Source: Okamejei kenojei (taxonomy: Eukaryota). Taken from it: a stretch of 64,000 nucleotides of DNA. The notes beneath the pieces were generated by a model. The model did no database searches. It had not been told where the DNA came from and saw only the letters and a list, made by a program, of their open reading frames with translations. The position numbers and the translations under genes are program-made. Of this stretch, positions 1 through 13,911 are shown in pieces. Numbering within the stretch: the stretch's first letter is position 1; the number at the start of each line of letters is the position of its first letter. The stretch covers positions 4,154,001 to 4,218,000 of the forward strand of contig CM069161.1 of the NCBI GenBank assembly GCA_035221665.1, written 5' to 3'.

Positions 1-255
1 TGCCTTCTCACCATATCCCTTGACTCGTTATCTTTAAGAGCTCTATCTAACTCTCTTGAAAGCATCCAGAGAATTGGCCTCCACTGTCTTGAGGTGAATT
101 CCACAGATTCACAACTCTTTGGGTGAAAAAGTTTTTTCCTCATCTCTGTTCTAAATGGTCTACCCCTTATTCTTAAACTGTGGCCCCCAACATTGGGAAC
201 ATGTTTCCTGCCTCTAGCGTGTCCAATCCCTTAATCTTATGTTTCAATAAGATGC
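1..255 (-). mobile_element. CR1 (HER1-like) LINE 3' fragment
   Basis: Same sequence family as 22886-23440 and 43615-44090 (gaattccacagattcacaactc, ccccttattcttaaactgtggcccc); runs off the window start. Confidence 0.8.
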
Positions 256-2351
256 AGTGGTGAACCTGACATGGCTAATAGTGTAAAGTTGCACTTTGCT
301 GCAATGGAATAGGTAATCTGTAGAGTTGCGCTGATGTATAGTAGTTCAGTGGATTACATATATTATCTAATCCATTGCTAGATCCTGTGAGGACAGTCAA
401 CCATATAATCATCCACTCACCTCGTTGTACGATGCAGCAGGGTAATGTTACTGCTAGGTACAACTTTGGTGCAAGAGGATCTGAAATCTTCCTGGTGTAA
501 TATTTTGATGTGTTGCATGGTTCCACAAGTAGCACCCTTCATTGATTTGTGAAGCTGTGTTCTTTTCAAAACATACACTTGGGTTAGAGTATGTTGATAT
601 TATCAGAATATAGTGAAAATCGCATATTGAATGTAGTCCACATTGGATGGATATATCAATTGTTAGTATTGTGATGTATTTGCTTGTGTGCCAGATGAGT
701 AAAGATTGCAGATTTTGTTTTGCTTGTATCTAGCTGCGTCCTTGACAATAGTACATGCGAATACAACACATCTCACAAACCCAAGCATTACTATTTCTTT
801 AGCAAAGCAGACTTATAAGAATCAACCAATTTATTCTAGATACCTTTCTGTACTTTAGTTACTTGAACTAAGGTACTGGATTAGAATAAAACTTTCCTCA
901 AACATTTTCCAAGGGTATTAAAGGAAACAAGCAATCGCATAAAGTGTAGCAAATCCGGCTTTGATTTATCACTTGGATATCTGTAAGATATCCAAGTGTG
1001 CATTTGATATCTCCATTATAAGCAGAGTCTGTCTGAATATTTTGTGAAATATTGTTATCTGCTCAATGAGCTTTATTATTCATTAAATGTTAATGAACCT
1101 TGCTTCCAATAGTTTAAAGAATGATAAATAGTAATGCCATTTGTCAGCTTCTGAAGGTAATTTGAGAATAATTTATGTCCTAGTTTAGGCTGAATGTAAT
1201 AAATAAGCTTTCAGTTTGACGCCTGAAAATTTGCAAGCTCCCTTTTATGTGAGGGTGAGCTCACTTCCTGGGTTAATTATTAGTAATGAGGCTGAGGAAT
1301 CTGAATTGTATTTAAAAGAAAAATAGAACTAATTTCAAATCCAATTTAGCAGAGATCTGCAGTGTCTTCCGATTAGTTTGGCAAATGCACCCAGTTCACA
1401 CAATGTTTGATGGTCATCGAGCTTCTGACATACCATCGACTTGTAAATAAGTGTAAAACTAGTGCTATAAAAAAGTTTTACAACTTTGACTTTGCATACA
1501 CTTTTGAGATGCTTCAGTTGAAACTTTACACAAGGAGACCACCAACCTTATTTGATTTACTTTGGTAATCTTTGTGTTGCACCTCTGCACTTCAGCTGCT
1601 TAAATACCTTGAAGGTATTTTTCAAATTTTTGAAAATTCGTCCATTTGTTGACTATTATGCGCTTTTGAACATATCAGAATTTTTATTCATTAATTTTAT
1701 TACACTTGCACTCACGATGCTTCCATAAATTTTGGGTACATTTTGTGTGATTATTTATCTATATTGACCTCAAGGTCGATGAATTCAGTGTTTCAAAAAG
1801 TGATTTTGAAACATAATGGCAATAACCCATCACTCAGTCCTCAAACGGAAACAGAAAATGCTGAAAACATTCTGCGCCTGTGAAAAGTGTAACAGAGTTC
1901 ACATTTTCTATTGAAGACCATCTATTCAGAACTTGGTCAGCAGTTTCCTGCCTTGGAAGCATTGTGTTTTTGACAACAAAGACACTGGAACAGTTGCAAT
2001 TCCAGCTTGTGTTATACCAAGTATTTCATTCACTTTACTCCAAAAAAGCGTCTAACACTCACATTTACCCTCATTTATTAGAGTATAATTAAAATATATT
2101 AACTTTATTTTTACACTGTAACCATAGAAACAATGTTTTTTTTAATTTTGCAGTAGTGGCAGGTTAGCCATTTTAGAATATAGTCACTCACACCTGAAAG
2201 CATGTTGAAGGTGCATTGTAATGGATTTTCATCAGCAGAGTTAAAATACTTTTTGCATTTTTACTGTATTTCCAGAAGTGTAACACTTTGACTTGCATTC
2301 AAACTCAGCTGAAACATACACATTTTAACCATCTTAATATTTCCTATACAG

Positions 2352-2409
2352 GCTCGCTTGGTTTCTCTGTACTTTGACACTAAGAGGTACCAGGAGGCAT
2401 TGCAATTAG
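2352..2409 (+). CDS. PSMD11: PSMD11 (26S proteasome lid subunit Rpn6) coding exon, human exon 5 equivalent
   Basis: cag|GCT...TTA G|gtaact; encodes ARLVSLYFDTKRYQEALQL(G); 58 bp. Upstream exons lie outside the window. Confidence 0.96.
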
Positions 2410-2479
2410 GTAACTATTGATACTGCCTTTCATCTCTTGGGTAGATAACAATGGGAGCTGTGATCACTGCGCCAACAGT

Positions 2480-4070
2480 GGTGGGGGTTGGTGATGTCGG
2501 GAAGAGACGTAACTTCAATTTAAAAATTAGAACCCAAGAATTTTCCCAAAATTGTTCAACGTCATGGTAATCACTAGTTTGTCAACAAAAAGTACTTTTT
2601 ATTGTTAGGCAGAAATCTTAGCGACTGGGTTAAGCTATGTGTGTTCTTGAGAATTTATTTTTCAGTTTTATAAGCGAGTTTGGTATTCTGAAAAACGCAA
2701 GGAATCATGGTATTTGTCAAAGGTCATTCGAGGAGGAAAAAAGCGAAAGGGGGTGCCAGGTAGCGGGAGGACGGGGTGTAACAGCGAGAGAGAGTGAGGG
2801 GGCAGATGCGAGTGGGAGACGGGGAGAGACTGGACCAGCGGAGTGACGATGAGAGGTGGGGGAGAGTGAAGGGGGTTGATAGACGTGCATGTTTGTGTTT
2901 TACTCACAGATGGTATTGTTTAACATTCCGTGGGGAGTGCCGGGGTTTGCACGTTGGTTGCAGAGGCGGGTAATGTCCCCCAGACCCTCCCTCCAGTCCG
3001 GGGGGGGGGGGGGGTGGAAGCATTGTCCTAGCGCCAGGGAGTTCGTGCGGAGACGGGATGTCCAAGATCTGCAGTGAAGCCGCGATAGCAAGTTCCTTTC
3101 TCCCAATCTCTCATCTCTCTCTCCCTGCTGCCTCGCCTTGGACTGGCGTCGCTATGTAGGAAAGAACTGCAGATATTGGGTTATATCGAAGGTAGACAAA
3201 ACGTGCTGGAGTAACTCAGAGGGACAGGCAGCATCTTTGGAGAAAAGGAATAGGTGATGTTGCACCGAGGGGTTTAAACGACAGTCACTGGATAAGGCGG
3301 GAGGTGCAGCTAATGGTACCCGACCCGTCGGGGAACGGGTTCCTTGGGAGTTGGAGCAGAGTTGAGATGGAGTTAGTGCTTCTTCTCCGTGCTGGCTGTA
3401 AGCCTGGGGCCGCCACTGCTCCCGTCAGTCTTGGGTCACCCCGGACAGGGATGGCACTCTGGAGGGGCGGTAGTGAGACTCCGCTCACAAATCTGCCTCC
3501 TGGGGTTATGCAGGAGAGGGGTGTGTGCATTGCCCCTGTATAATAATCCTGTATAACCCGGGAGGGCAACCCGAGTGAGAACGGAACCCATACACCCAGG
3601 TTGAGGGGAACCAGACCGCGATTCATTAGATTATCACTGCTGAGATTTCTGGATGAACCAGTGGAGAAGGGAGAACTAGTGTCGCTAACTCCAATAGCAA
3701 TTCCACAGCGCTTGCAGCGCCGGAGACCCGGTTCAATCCCGATTACGGATGAAACGCGGGTCTGTATATACGCACAGCTCAGCTGCCAAGAATGTTTATC
3801 TCCAGTGACCTATGACCTGGGCATGCGCAGTCTGAATACCGAACTTGCTTATTGGGATGAATCTTGTATAAGACTCGTGATCCTTGAGAGCGCATAACTA
3901 GCGAATGCAGTAATCAGATCTGCGTGGGAGTGCAGATAATCTGGTAAAACACTATTTTAAAAGTCTATATTTCAACTTTTTTTCTGACCTTATGCAATAT
4001 GTAATGACTTGTGAGGTATATCACAAAAATATTTCTTGACCACATTATTTTCAAGGTGGGCGAAGCACCA
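2480..4070. mobile_element. CpG-rich composite repeat insertion of unknown class in PSMD11 intron
   Basis: Abrupt GC/CpG rise in an AT-rich intron; contains a Penelope-terminus arm (about 3155-3260) and a SINE head-like piece (about 3703-3750). No convincing TIR or TSD found. Confidence 0.4.
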
Positions 4071-4699
4071 TTGTGCAGTTTTTTGCATAGTACATAAATA
4101 ATCCACCAGAGGGCAGGATTCTAAACTTTCATAAATTGCTGTTACTTAATACCATGGTTTCTTTATCCACAACCATCCAGTAGGGGCCAGCATATTACAG
4201 CAGCATTATTTGCAAAATTTCTCTCAGTCCAGGAAAGCTGAATTTTCATTGTTTTTAAATTTATATTTCATATTAGACAGTTTGAAAAGGTCAGACGATT
4301 CTTTGAACTTGAAGAATGTCAAAAGTACTTTGCATACTAAAAGATGCATTAAGCAAATAAATTAAATAATCCAATTAATTGTTACTGGATACATTTTCAG
4401 AAGAAGAGTATAAAAATAATAATAACACCTACCTGAGATATGAAGTTACCTAGAAATAAAGTCAGTGAATACTGAAAATGCTCAGGAAGTCGGGCACATC
4501 CATGGGGAGAAAATAGTTAACGTTTCAGGGCAATTACTTTTCATCAGAACATTCTACTGAAAGAACATTGAAAATAAAATGTAACTGTTATCCTTCTAAA
4601 TACTTTCTGACCTTTTGAGTATATTCAACATTTACTGTTTTCCATTTCAGCAAATACAGTATATTTGCATTTGTCCATTGTTCTGCAGCCCGTTTGTTT

Positions 4700-5510
4700 T
4701 TAAATTTTTTTTTTTTTTAATTTTTAGTCAGTTTAAAGTTTGTTTCGGGGGGGATCTTTAACTTTTCTATGTGGGGGAGGGGGGCAGGGTAAGTGGGAAA
4801 CTGTTTCCCAGTCGCTTCCTGGCTGGGACTCGACTATTCTCCAAGTCGCGTCCTCGCCCCCCTCCTCGCGGCCTACCACCTGGATCGGAGCGGCCTTTCC
4901 TGCCGGGGACCGGGAACCTGACCAGAGCTGCAAGAGCGGCGGCGCGGCGCTGGATTCACCGCGGAGCGGGCGAGGCCTACCTGCGTCGCCGTTTGGAGCT
5001 CCGGAACATTCCAACATTGTGGAGCTCTGGTTTGGGAGAGGTTCCAACGTGGGTGGCGCAGACCGTCATCGTGGAGTCCTGGGGCCCTTTGCCGAGGGCC
5101 ACCAGCGCTGCATTCTCCGCCCAGCGCCCTGCGGACTTTGGGAGCCGCGGACTCCGGTAGGAGGGGGCCGACTCTTGATGTCCAGGCCTCTGAGGACGTC
5201 CCCCAGCCCCGACATCGGACTTCCATCACCCCGGCGAGCGGGCCTGAACATCGAGCCGCCCATAGCGGCGACTGCGGAGGGCTCGGGGAGGCCCCGACCA
5301 GGGGGAACAGTGGGGAACATCAGAGGAAGAGACTGACTTTGGTGCCTTCCCTCAGAGTGGGAATCTTTCATCCTGCTGTGTGGGGATGTTTTTATGTTAA
5401 ATTCTATCAACTCTATGTTGTGTTCTTTATTTTTACTGTATGGCTGTATGGTGATTTCATTTCACTGTGCCAATTGGCACACAAGACAAATAAATGTATC
5501 TTGTTCCTCA
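4700..5510. mobile_element. GC-rich interspersed repeat, class uncertain
   Basis: T-run at 4704-4718, CpG-rich body, and an end (gacaaataaatgtatcttg) resembling the tails of the Rex/L2-type copies elsewhere in the window. Confidence 0.45.
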
Positions 5511-7512
5511 TACATTTTAATACCACATTTTTATTTCTTTGTACCCAAATATTAAACAATATTTTGCTGATGTTAAATGTTTGTCATCTACATGCCAGTT
5601 CTCAACGAGATTATCTAAACCCATATTTTCCATGCATTTGGTACCCAGCTCTCCTTAGTTACCTCTCTCAATCTTTTCATTTTCTCTACAATGTCAGTGT
5701 TTGTCTGACATCCAATATTAGATTAACATAAATTTTCACTAGACTTGGAGAGATCCAAACTCTTTTTGGTTAAAGTCGTAGACTCAATGCCCTGGCCACC
5801 AACTTAATTTCTTTACCTAGTATTTGTCTGACACTTAACCAAACTTTTTCTTGCCAGTCTCAACTGCCTCCTCCACCTCAGGCAGCACATTCAATTGCTC
5901 TCAGTTTATTTTTTTATTTTTCCTTTCCCATATGCTTTAAATCTCCACCCTTTCACCTTAAATATATTCCCTCTTTTTTAACACCCCTGTCACAGGAAAA
6001 GATTTTATTTACCCCAGCTAATCCTTTCATAATTTTTTATTTATATCTCTCTGGTCGCCCACAGCCTGCTTTGCTCCAGCCTATCCAGTCTCCTTACAAC
6101 TGATGTCATAAAATCCAAAATCCTGGTGAATATCGGACTCTGAATTAAATTTCAACCCGCAAACTGGCTCCTTTGCTATTTTCATGTCCCAAACAGTTGT
6201 GACCTTTTAGATGAGTTTGTTCCTGGTAATCGTCCCCATTCTAACTTTAGTTTTGAGTTCATCTAAAACTGTACTACTTGTTTCCATGCATCCCATTGAT
6301 CCATTTGTCTTGGAATTGATGACCTACCGTGACTCCATGTTGAACAGTGCCTCACCTTAGAAATTCTAATCTTCATGCCATCTTCCATTCAGCTCTATAA
6401 TCTCTTCCAGCCCTATTAGCTAATCACAAATCTGTTCCCTACTAATTCTGGTTTTGATCATTCTTTTAATTTGTTTCTTAATTGATAACGTGTTTTACGT
6501 GAGATTACTCCACTTTTATCTAAACTGCTTCTTAGAATCCAATTATTTGACTAAACGCTTGAATCATCTCCATAACCCTTGAAGTAACTTGTCAAATTCT
6601 GTTTGGGAATGCCTGGCTAAATTTGCTGCATGAAAAGTGTCGTATAAATACAAGTTGTTGCCAGTAAATAATGGAGCTACTTCGATTTTTGTGCATCTTC
6701 CTTTGTGCAATGATTTTCAACTAAACTGTGTTCTGCAACCAATTGGTCTTTGCTAAGTAGTTCAGAATAATTTTATTTTCTCTCTGCTAAGGTCAGAATG
6801 TTGAAGGTTGCAGCTTGCTGTATAATTTGAGCTTCATAAATGTGTTCTTGTGTTCCCTCGCTTCTTGAAATGTGTGCTGTTGTGTTAGAGGTATAAAGTC
6901 CTGTTGGCGTCTTCACCTTGAGAGAAAGGTGGCTAGTGATCTTTTTTTTTTTCTCGCAGCAATACCTAGGACAGCACAGGCTGAAGTCTAATATGCATGC
7001 CTTTGGAACAGCAAATTATTTTTATCTAAATAGAAATATTTGAAGTTCCTCAGTAGATTTAATCAGTGACTGTGGGAATATGGTCTGGAAGAACCACAAG
7101 ATTTATCTCAAAATTTGAAGTTATATTTTGGAAAATACAACTGTCCTTGGTGTCCTTGTATTCTATAAAGATAAATTGAACAGGTGTCATGTCTACTGAA
7201 TTAATTGTTTTTGCCGTAGTAGGTGTGTGGATATTGTGTAATAAATAACATTTATGGTGGATTAGAAGTTGATCATGTCAGTACATTTCAAGAATTAAAG
7301 TAATTCCTCCTGTGCCCCACATAATAACGGGAAAGGCTTGCATATTCAAAAAATATTTGAAAATTGAGAATAGAACATGATACACTTTGACTGACAATCC
7401 AGTGATACAATGTCAAAATTATCATACTATGAATAATCTGCTTATTGTGCAGATCTTTTGTTCTTGGTTGCATTGTAGATCGCAGCCTGAAAGTCTTGGT
7501 AGAGTGTGATGT

Positions 7513-7756
7513 GTAGAAAGTAACTGCAGATGCTGCTTTGTGCTGAAGACAGACACACAATGTTAGAGTAACCCAGTGGGTCAGGCAGCATCTCTGGAGA
7601 AAAATGACGGGTGATGTTTCGGGTCGGAACCATTCTTCAGACTAGAGTAGTGTGAAGAAGGGTTCTGACCCAAACCATCACCCATCCTTTTTCTCCAGAG
7701 AGGCTGCTTGACCGGCTAAGTTGCTTTAGCACTTTGTGTCTAGTCTCGGTATAGAC
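7513..7756. mobile_element. Inverted pair of Penelope-like element termini
   Basis: Arms about 7513-7643 and 7650-7756 are imperfect reverse complements; minus-strand arm reads CTGAAGA..GAAACATC. Confidence 0.7.
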
Positions 7757-9392
7757 ATTTGGTTTTGTGTTGATTTAAATGGTGATTATGCAAGATTCAA
7801 ACGGTGTCATGCCAAATGACTTTTCGGCCTGGTTTCCATACTTGTCTCAGTCCCCCAGCTTGGCAGTTTTCTTGTTTTATTATATCTAATTGCATATTTA
7901 TGTAGGGTATGATGGAAATGTAGAAAATGCGACCGTATGGGTCAATGCTTGTTCTTTGAGAACTTTAATGTATTTTGCTTAATTTAGTGTTGGGCAATGA
8001 AATGTTGAATAAAAGTAAAATAAATAGAGATCTGGGTGTTCATGATTTACAAGAATGACAGAACATCTTGAAATACTGAATGGTCTATTTTCATCTACTC
8101 CTGCCAAATATTATAGTATATTTGTACTTCTTTGATTAACTTTCCTCACTTAGTCTGTTGAACCATTAGTCAGTTTGAGAATCTGTAAATTCATAACACT
8201 AAATTCAAGAGTTTATTAAGTTATGTGTAGTAACTTAGTTTAGTTTTAGTTTAGCATTCATTTAACATGCTAATTATTTTAGTCCAGGAATTGAACACCT
8301 TTAGCATCTTCAGATACAGTAAACCATGTAGCAAACTATCAAATGTACCATCTATTGATTTACCTTTAAATTCAGTAATCCTTGTTAATAGGATTGATGC
8401 AGAGGATTGACTTTTTAAATTACACTGTTACTTGTTCACTTTAGCTTTTTTCTTTGTGATCTCTTTAATTTTGAACCTGACATTTTTGAAAAGCTGACCA
8501 GTCGTTGCTGAAAAATCTCTATTTATTTCAATCTACCAGTTCAACAAGTTTATTTTTTTAAATTAGGCAAAAAAAATCCAGTATTGGTGTTGTGGCTTTT
8601 ATAGTTTTTGGATGTCATGTGGGCCTTTTAGCCACTCAAGCTTTTTGTAGTTAATATGGTCGAATGTCCGGAAGTCTGTTTTCAAACAACAAGGATCCAT
8701 AAACAGCAATGTGTTGGTGACAAATAATGTTTGGATAAATTTGGCCACCATACTGGGAATAATAACTCCTCTGCTGTACTTTTAACATAGTGTTTTGGGA
8801 TCTCTTTAGTTTACCTGAAAGAGTTTTCGGAATCTTCATTTAACTTCTCAAATGAAAGAGTACAGTGCTTTAGTCTGATCTTTGGGTGCTATCCATTCAC
8901 CCTATTTGACGAATGTAACAATTGAAAAATAAGGAAGATTGGAACCTTGTGGTCAGATACATTATAGTATTTTCTTTGGTCACTCTTTAGAAACCACAAC
9001 ACTTTTTCCAAAAACAGTCTCAGTTTCTTCCTCTTCCTAGATGAAGTACAGCTGACTATTTTCCCCAGTAATTGGTGCATGTCACCACGAGTTGTTAATG
9101 TCCTTCTCTCTTTTGATCACCCTGCTATAGAAGGTAATACATTTGTGAAATTTGGGCAGGTGACTAGGAAATAATTTTACAATAAATCTGAACTAGAATT
9201 TCTAAAAAAGAAACCTTAATGCAATCATCTCCCATCTCCCTTAATGTAATGTAATACCCATTCAAACTGGTATATCCTGTGCATGTTAAGCAGAATATAA
9301 ATCAGTGGTAATGATTCTTAAGTGGATTAGCTGACCATCAAGAAAATTCAGCATATGTTTTTGGAGCTCTTTTTTTAAAACCAAAATTCTAA

Positions 9393-9635
<243 letters not shown>

Positions 9636-9724
9636 TAGGACAGCTGAGATCTTGAGAATAAAATCATTTTCAAGTTCTAAATAAACAAATTTAAACATAT
9701 TAAGTGTGAGTGAGCAGCTTTATA

Positions 9725-10270
9725 AGATTTTAGTTTGGCTGTGTTTGGATTATTGCATGTAGTTCTGGACGCCCTAATACAGGATGGATTTTAAGGCTAT
9801 GGAGGGGCTGCAGAAGAGGTTTAACAGAATGATGCCTGATTTAGAGGGTATGAGCTACAAGGAGAGGTTGGATAAACTTGGATAGTTTTCTCAAATGCTC
9901 CAGAGGTTTGAGGGTGACCTAATAAAAGTTTGTAAAATTATGAGAGGCAGTGATAGGGGAGACACAACCTTTTCCCCCAGGTGGAAAAATCAAGTAGCTT
10001 GAGGTGTGAAGGGCAGAGTTTAGAAGAAATGTGCGGGGGCAGGTTTATTTACACACATAGCGGTGAGTGTCTGGAACACACTGCCGGGTGTGCTGGTGGA
10101 GGCTGATATGATAGTGGTATTTAAAAGACTTGTGGACAAGCACATGGATATGCAGGGAGTGGAGGGATATGGATTATGTGCAGGCAGACAAGATTTGTGC
10201 TTTGCATCATGTTCAGCAGAGACATTATGGGCTGAAGGACCTACTCCTGTGATGTACTGGGCTGTATTCA
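9725..10270 (+). mobile_element. CR1 LINE 3' fragment
   Basis: Degenerate ORF2 C-terminus (VQKRFNRMMP.LEGMSYKERLDKLG-like) and CR1 3' UTR. Confidence 0.8.
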
Positions 10271-10492
10271 ACTTTCTAATAATGTAACTGACAGAACTGG
10301 AGTAAGCTGCAGTAGATTTTAATGCATTGCTTCCAAACATTAGTCTCTTGAGTCAGGCCACGCATTTGGATTTGATTCCAGAGACTGGAGGACAAAACCT
10401 AAACTGACACAATTTAATACTAAGGAAGGTAGACAAAAATGCTGGAGAAACTCAGCGGGTGCAGCAGCATCTATGGAGCAAAGGAAATAGGC

Positions 10493-10520
10493 AACGTTTC
10501 GGGCCGAAACCCTTCTTCAG
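10493..10520 (-). ncRNA. Minimal type I hammerhead ribozyme core in a Penelope-like terminus (repeat spans about 10425-10520)
   Basis: Minus strand reads CTGAAGA-A-GGGT-TTCG-GCCC-GAAA-CGTT: CUGANGA box, stem II with UUCG loop, GAAA box, palindromic AACGUU stem III, GUU triplet. Activity untested. Confidence 0.65.
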
Positions 10521-11494
10521 GAACCTTACTAAGGAATACTGGCTGCACTATCAGATGAGACCCTAAACCCAGGACATGTCTTCCTTGGTTAGATGTCAAT
10601 AATTCTAAACCACCAAGCAGAGAAGTGCATGAAAGTTTTTCTTTGTTCTGATTTAAGTGTTCCCTACAAATCAAAATTAATCATCTAAATAGCCAAAGGT
10701 CATCAATCTACTGCTTTTGGGACTTTGCTGTAGAAAGATTGGTTGCTGTGTTTCAATATATAATGATCATTTGGTAGAAGTGCATAATGTGCTAAAATGT
10801 TTTTGAGATGCTCTGAAGATATAAAGGACACCAGATAAGTGCCAAGGCATCAATGAAAGTAATTATATTAAAATGACGTTGGTACTTCCATGTAGATGAA
10901 ACAACATCAAAGACTTGCATTTTACACATGTTTATAAATTTCAAATTTGGCCTGACGTTGAAAGTAAATTTTAGATTGCCGCATCACCATTTTGAACATT
11001 TTGTGCCCGCATGCTTTTTTTCCTTTTTCTGAAGCTGGTGATCCTTTGCAGCTCACGGGCGAAGGGGGGAATTACTTGTATCTCGCCAACTACTTGACCT
11101 TTACCTGTGAACCTTATCTACTGCCCCCTTTGCAGCTTTAGTTGGCATTTGGAAACCAAATACATTAAGGACTATCAACTGCATCCATTTGTTCTTCATA
11201 TTTTTCACTGTTTAGAATTGCTGTGCTAGCTGAGACCTCATAACTGCAGCAATTTTTGAAATAAAGTATAAAATGTTTGGCTCACCTGTTCATTGTTAGT
11301 CAGATAAATCATGAAGCAATTTGAGTGATCATGATTGATTTCTAATTTGGTTAAATTTACTACAACTTGGAGTAATACAGGTTAGGGTTCCCTACGCCTA
11401 TTGCTTTCGTACATATTTGAGCGATAGGAAATGTGTCGATCCTGCCAAGAAAATAATTATGACTTACAATGACCTTTTTAAAATTTTCCTTTAA

Positions 11495-11662
<168 letters not shown>

Positions 11663-12129
11663 TAAGTTTGAACGGTCTGCTGCGTTGATTGTGCAGAAGT
11701 AGTAATGTATCTTTGGGAACAATACTGTCAATTGAATTTTAATGGTCTGTTTTTTATAGGGTAATTGTGGGCTTAGTTTGGCTCAAACCCAAACGGGTTA
11801 ATGTCTTAAGTTGAATATATAAAACACGATCTCTTGTGATTTAAAAAAAACCCCACAATGTCTGTAATTTGATTTTAATCCATTCTCTTTGAAGTGGCCC
11901 TAAGTCCAAAACATTTTATTATTAGGCACGTTCATTTGCAGCAAATGCCTGCAGTGAACATAGCTGAAACCACTCCATTAAAAGCACCATGATACTTAAT
12001 GGTGTTATAGTATTATGAAAGAAGAAAGTTGATCAAATGTATAATTGATGACAACCTAATTAATGAATATATCCGATTTTATTATACCCAAATCACATAT
12101 TTAAAAATCTAAAACTTTGTTGAGAAAAT

Positions 12130-12420
12130 AGGGGTGGCGCAGTGTGGATACAGTGGAGCAGTGGTAGAATTGCTACCTTACAGCGCCAGAGACCCACGTT
12201 CGATCCTGACTACAGATGCTGTTTGTACGGACTTTGTATGTCCTCCCTATGACTGTGGATAATGCTCCAGTTTCCCCCCACATTCTAAAGATGTGCAAGT
12301 TTGTAGGTTGGCTTCTGGAAATTGTCCCTAGTGTGTAGGATAGAACTAGTGTATGGGTGATGGCAGGCCAGTGTGGACTCGGTGGGTCGAAGTGCCCGTT
12401 TCCACGCTGTATCTCTAAAC
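12130..12420 (+). mobile_element. tRNA-derived SINE (HE1/V-SINE-like) with CR1-type tail
   Basis: Box A/B-like head (cagtggtagaattgct, gttcgatcc), central gctccagtttcccccc-acat domain, tail gtttccacgctgtatctctaaac. Confidence 0.8.
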
Positions 12421-12640
12421 CTCGAAGAGCGAAAAACTGACGGAGGATAATTTTAGTGATTTAGTTTTTGTCTAGGAAGTGCATATTCTTGTACAATTTA
12501 TTTTAATCATCTATGATCAAACCCAAATTTTCATTGTGATCTTGAATAGATCTACGAACTTCAGCTGTGGACTTTCTTTCCACAGAAATATTCAAGATTA
12601 TGAAGAAAACGTGTGTTTGATCACATTCAATTAAAATAAA

Positions 12641-13911
12641 ATTTAGGAATTATAAGGATAGAACATCTTTACAGGAAAGGAAAATTTCTATCATTTCAAG
12701 AATTAAAAGATATCTATGGATTACACCCAAATAACTTGTTCAGGTATTTACAAATTAGAGACTATATCAAGTCAAACATGCAAGACTATAAGAATAGAGA
12801 GCCAGGATTATTGGATGAGTGGCTTAACAAGCACCCAAATACAGAAAAATTAATAGCGTGCATATATAATACTCTTCTGGATAGGGAGGTCCCAACAACA
12901 GAATCACACCGACAGATATGGGAAAATGAAATAGGTCTGTCTATAATGAAAGACACTTGGGAAGAAAGTTTACAACGTATACACCGATGCTCATTAAATG
13001 CCAGACATATTTTGGTACAATTTAAAGTAATACATAGATTACACTACTCAAAAACAAAATTAAATAGAATTTTACCTAACATTTCTTCTATTTGCGATCA
13101 ACGTCAGAATTTAGAAGCCAACTTAACGCATAGTTTTGTAACATGCATAAAACTTAATAGTTATTGGGCTGATATTTTTGGAATCATCTCTGAGGGTCTT
13201 AAAACTAAATTGGACCCTGATCTAAAGTTAATAATATTAGGAGTCCCTGACTCAAGCTTAATATTAACAGTAAGTCAAAGAAATTGTCTTGATTACTGTT
13301 TGATAATTGGAAAAAAATTAATATTAAAATTCTGGAAGGGAACATTATCCCCCACAATCAAAATGTGGACTGTGGAAATGTCGGAGACTTTGCATTTAGA
13401 GAGAATTAGGTTTGTCCTAATGGACAAATGTGAACTTTTTGAACAAATATGGTCTCCATTCATTGATTACTTAAAGGGGTAGCTGAGCTCAGCACCGTAA
13501 CTCAATAAATACCCTGGTGTAGGATTAGATGAAAAAAGTATTGGGATCTGTATGCATGTTTCAAGAGATATTGTTATATGAAACTGTTCCATTCTATGTA
13601 AAGATTCTTTTATTTAATTTTTAATTATATAATTGTTTTTATTTTTTTTATTTTTCTTGTTTATCTTTTCTTTTTTACTTTATGTTTTTATTATATAATC
13701 ATTATTATTCAATCACAACATCTTGATTAATAATTTATACATTTACTTTTTTTTCACTCCCTTTCCTTCCCAAAAAAAATCAAAAACAGTAGCATATATA
13801 AATTATCCCGTAATATCTGTACAACGTTTGTGACAAAATATTTGTATTTGAAGTGCTGTTGTACATTAGATAATATGCAATGCTTCTAATAAAAATATTA
13901 AACAAAAAAAA
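12641..13911 (+). mobile_element. 5'-truncated L1/Tx1-clade LINE (ORF2 C-terminus, 3' UTR, A tail)
   Basis: ORF 12736-13482 with FRYLQIR, QFKVIHRLH and a decayed zinc knuckle (C..R......H....C); AATAAA 13888-13893; A-run 13904-13911; TT|AAAA site at 12631-12636 with candidate TSD AAAATAAA (12633-12640, 13908-13915). Confidence 0.9.

Noticed and set aside
4733-5731. Cluster of overlapping 100-200 aa ORFs
   Set aside because: Open in many frames because of high GC; intronic repeat with no protein motif.
12130-12215. tRNA-like box A/B sequences here and near 44850
   Set aside because: No cloverleaf; they are SINE heads.
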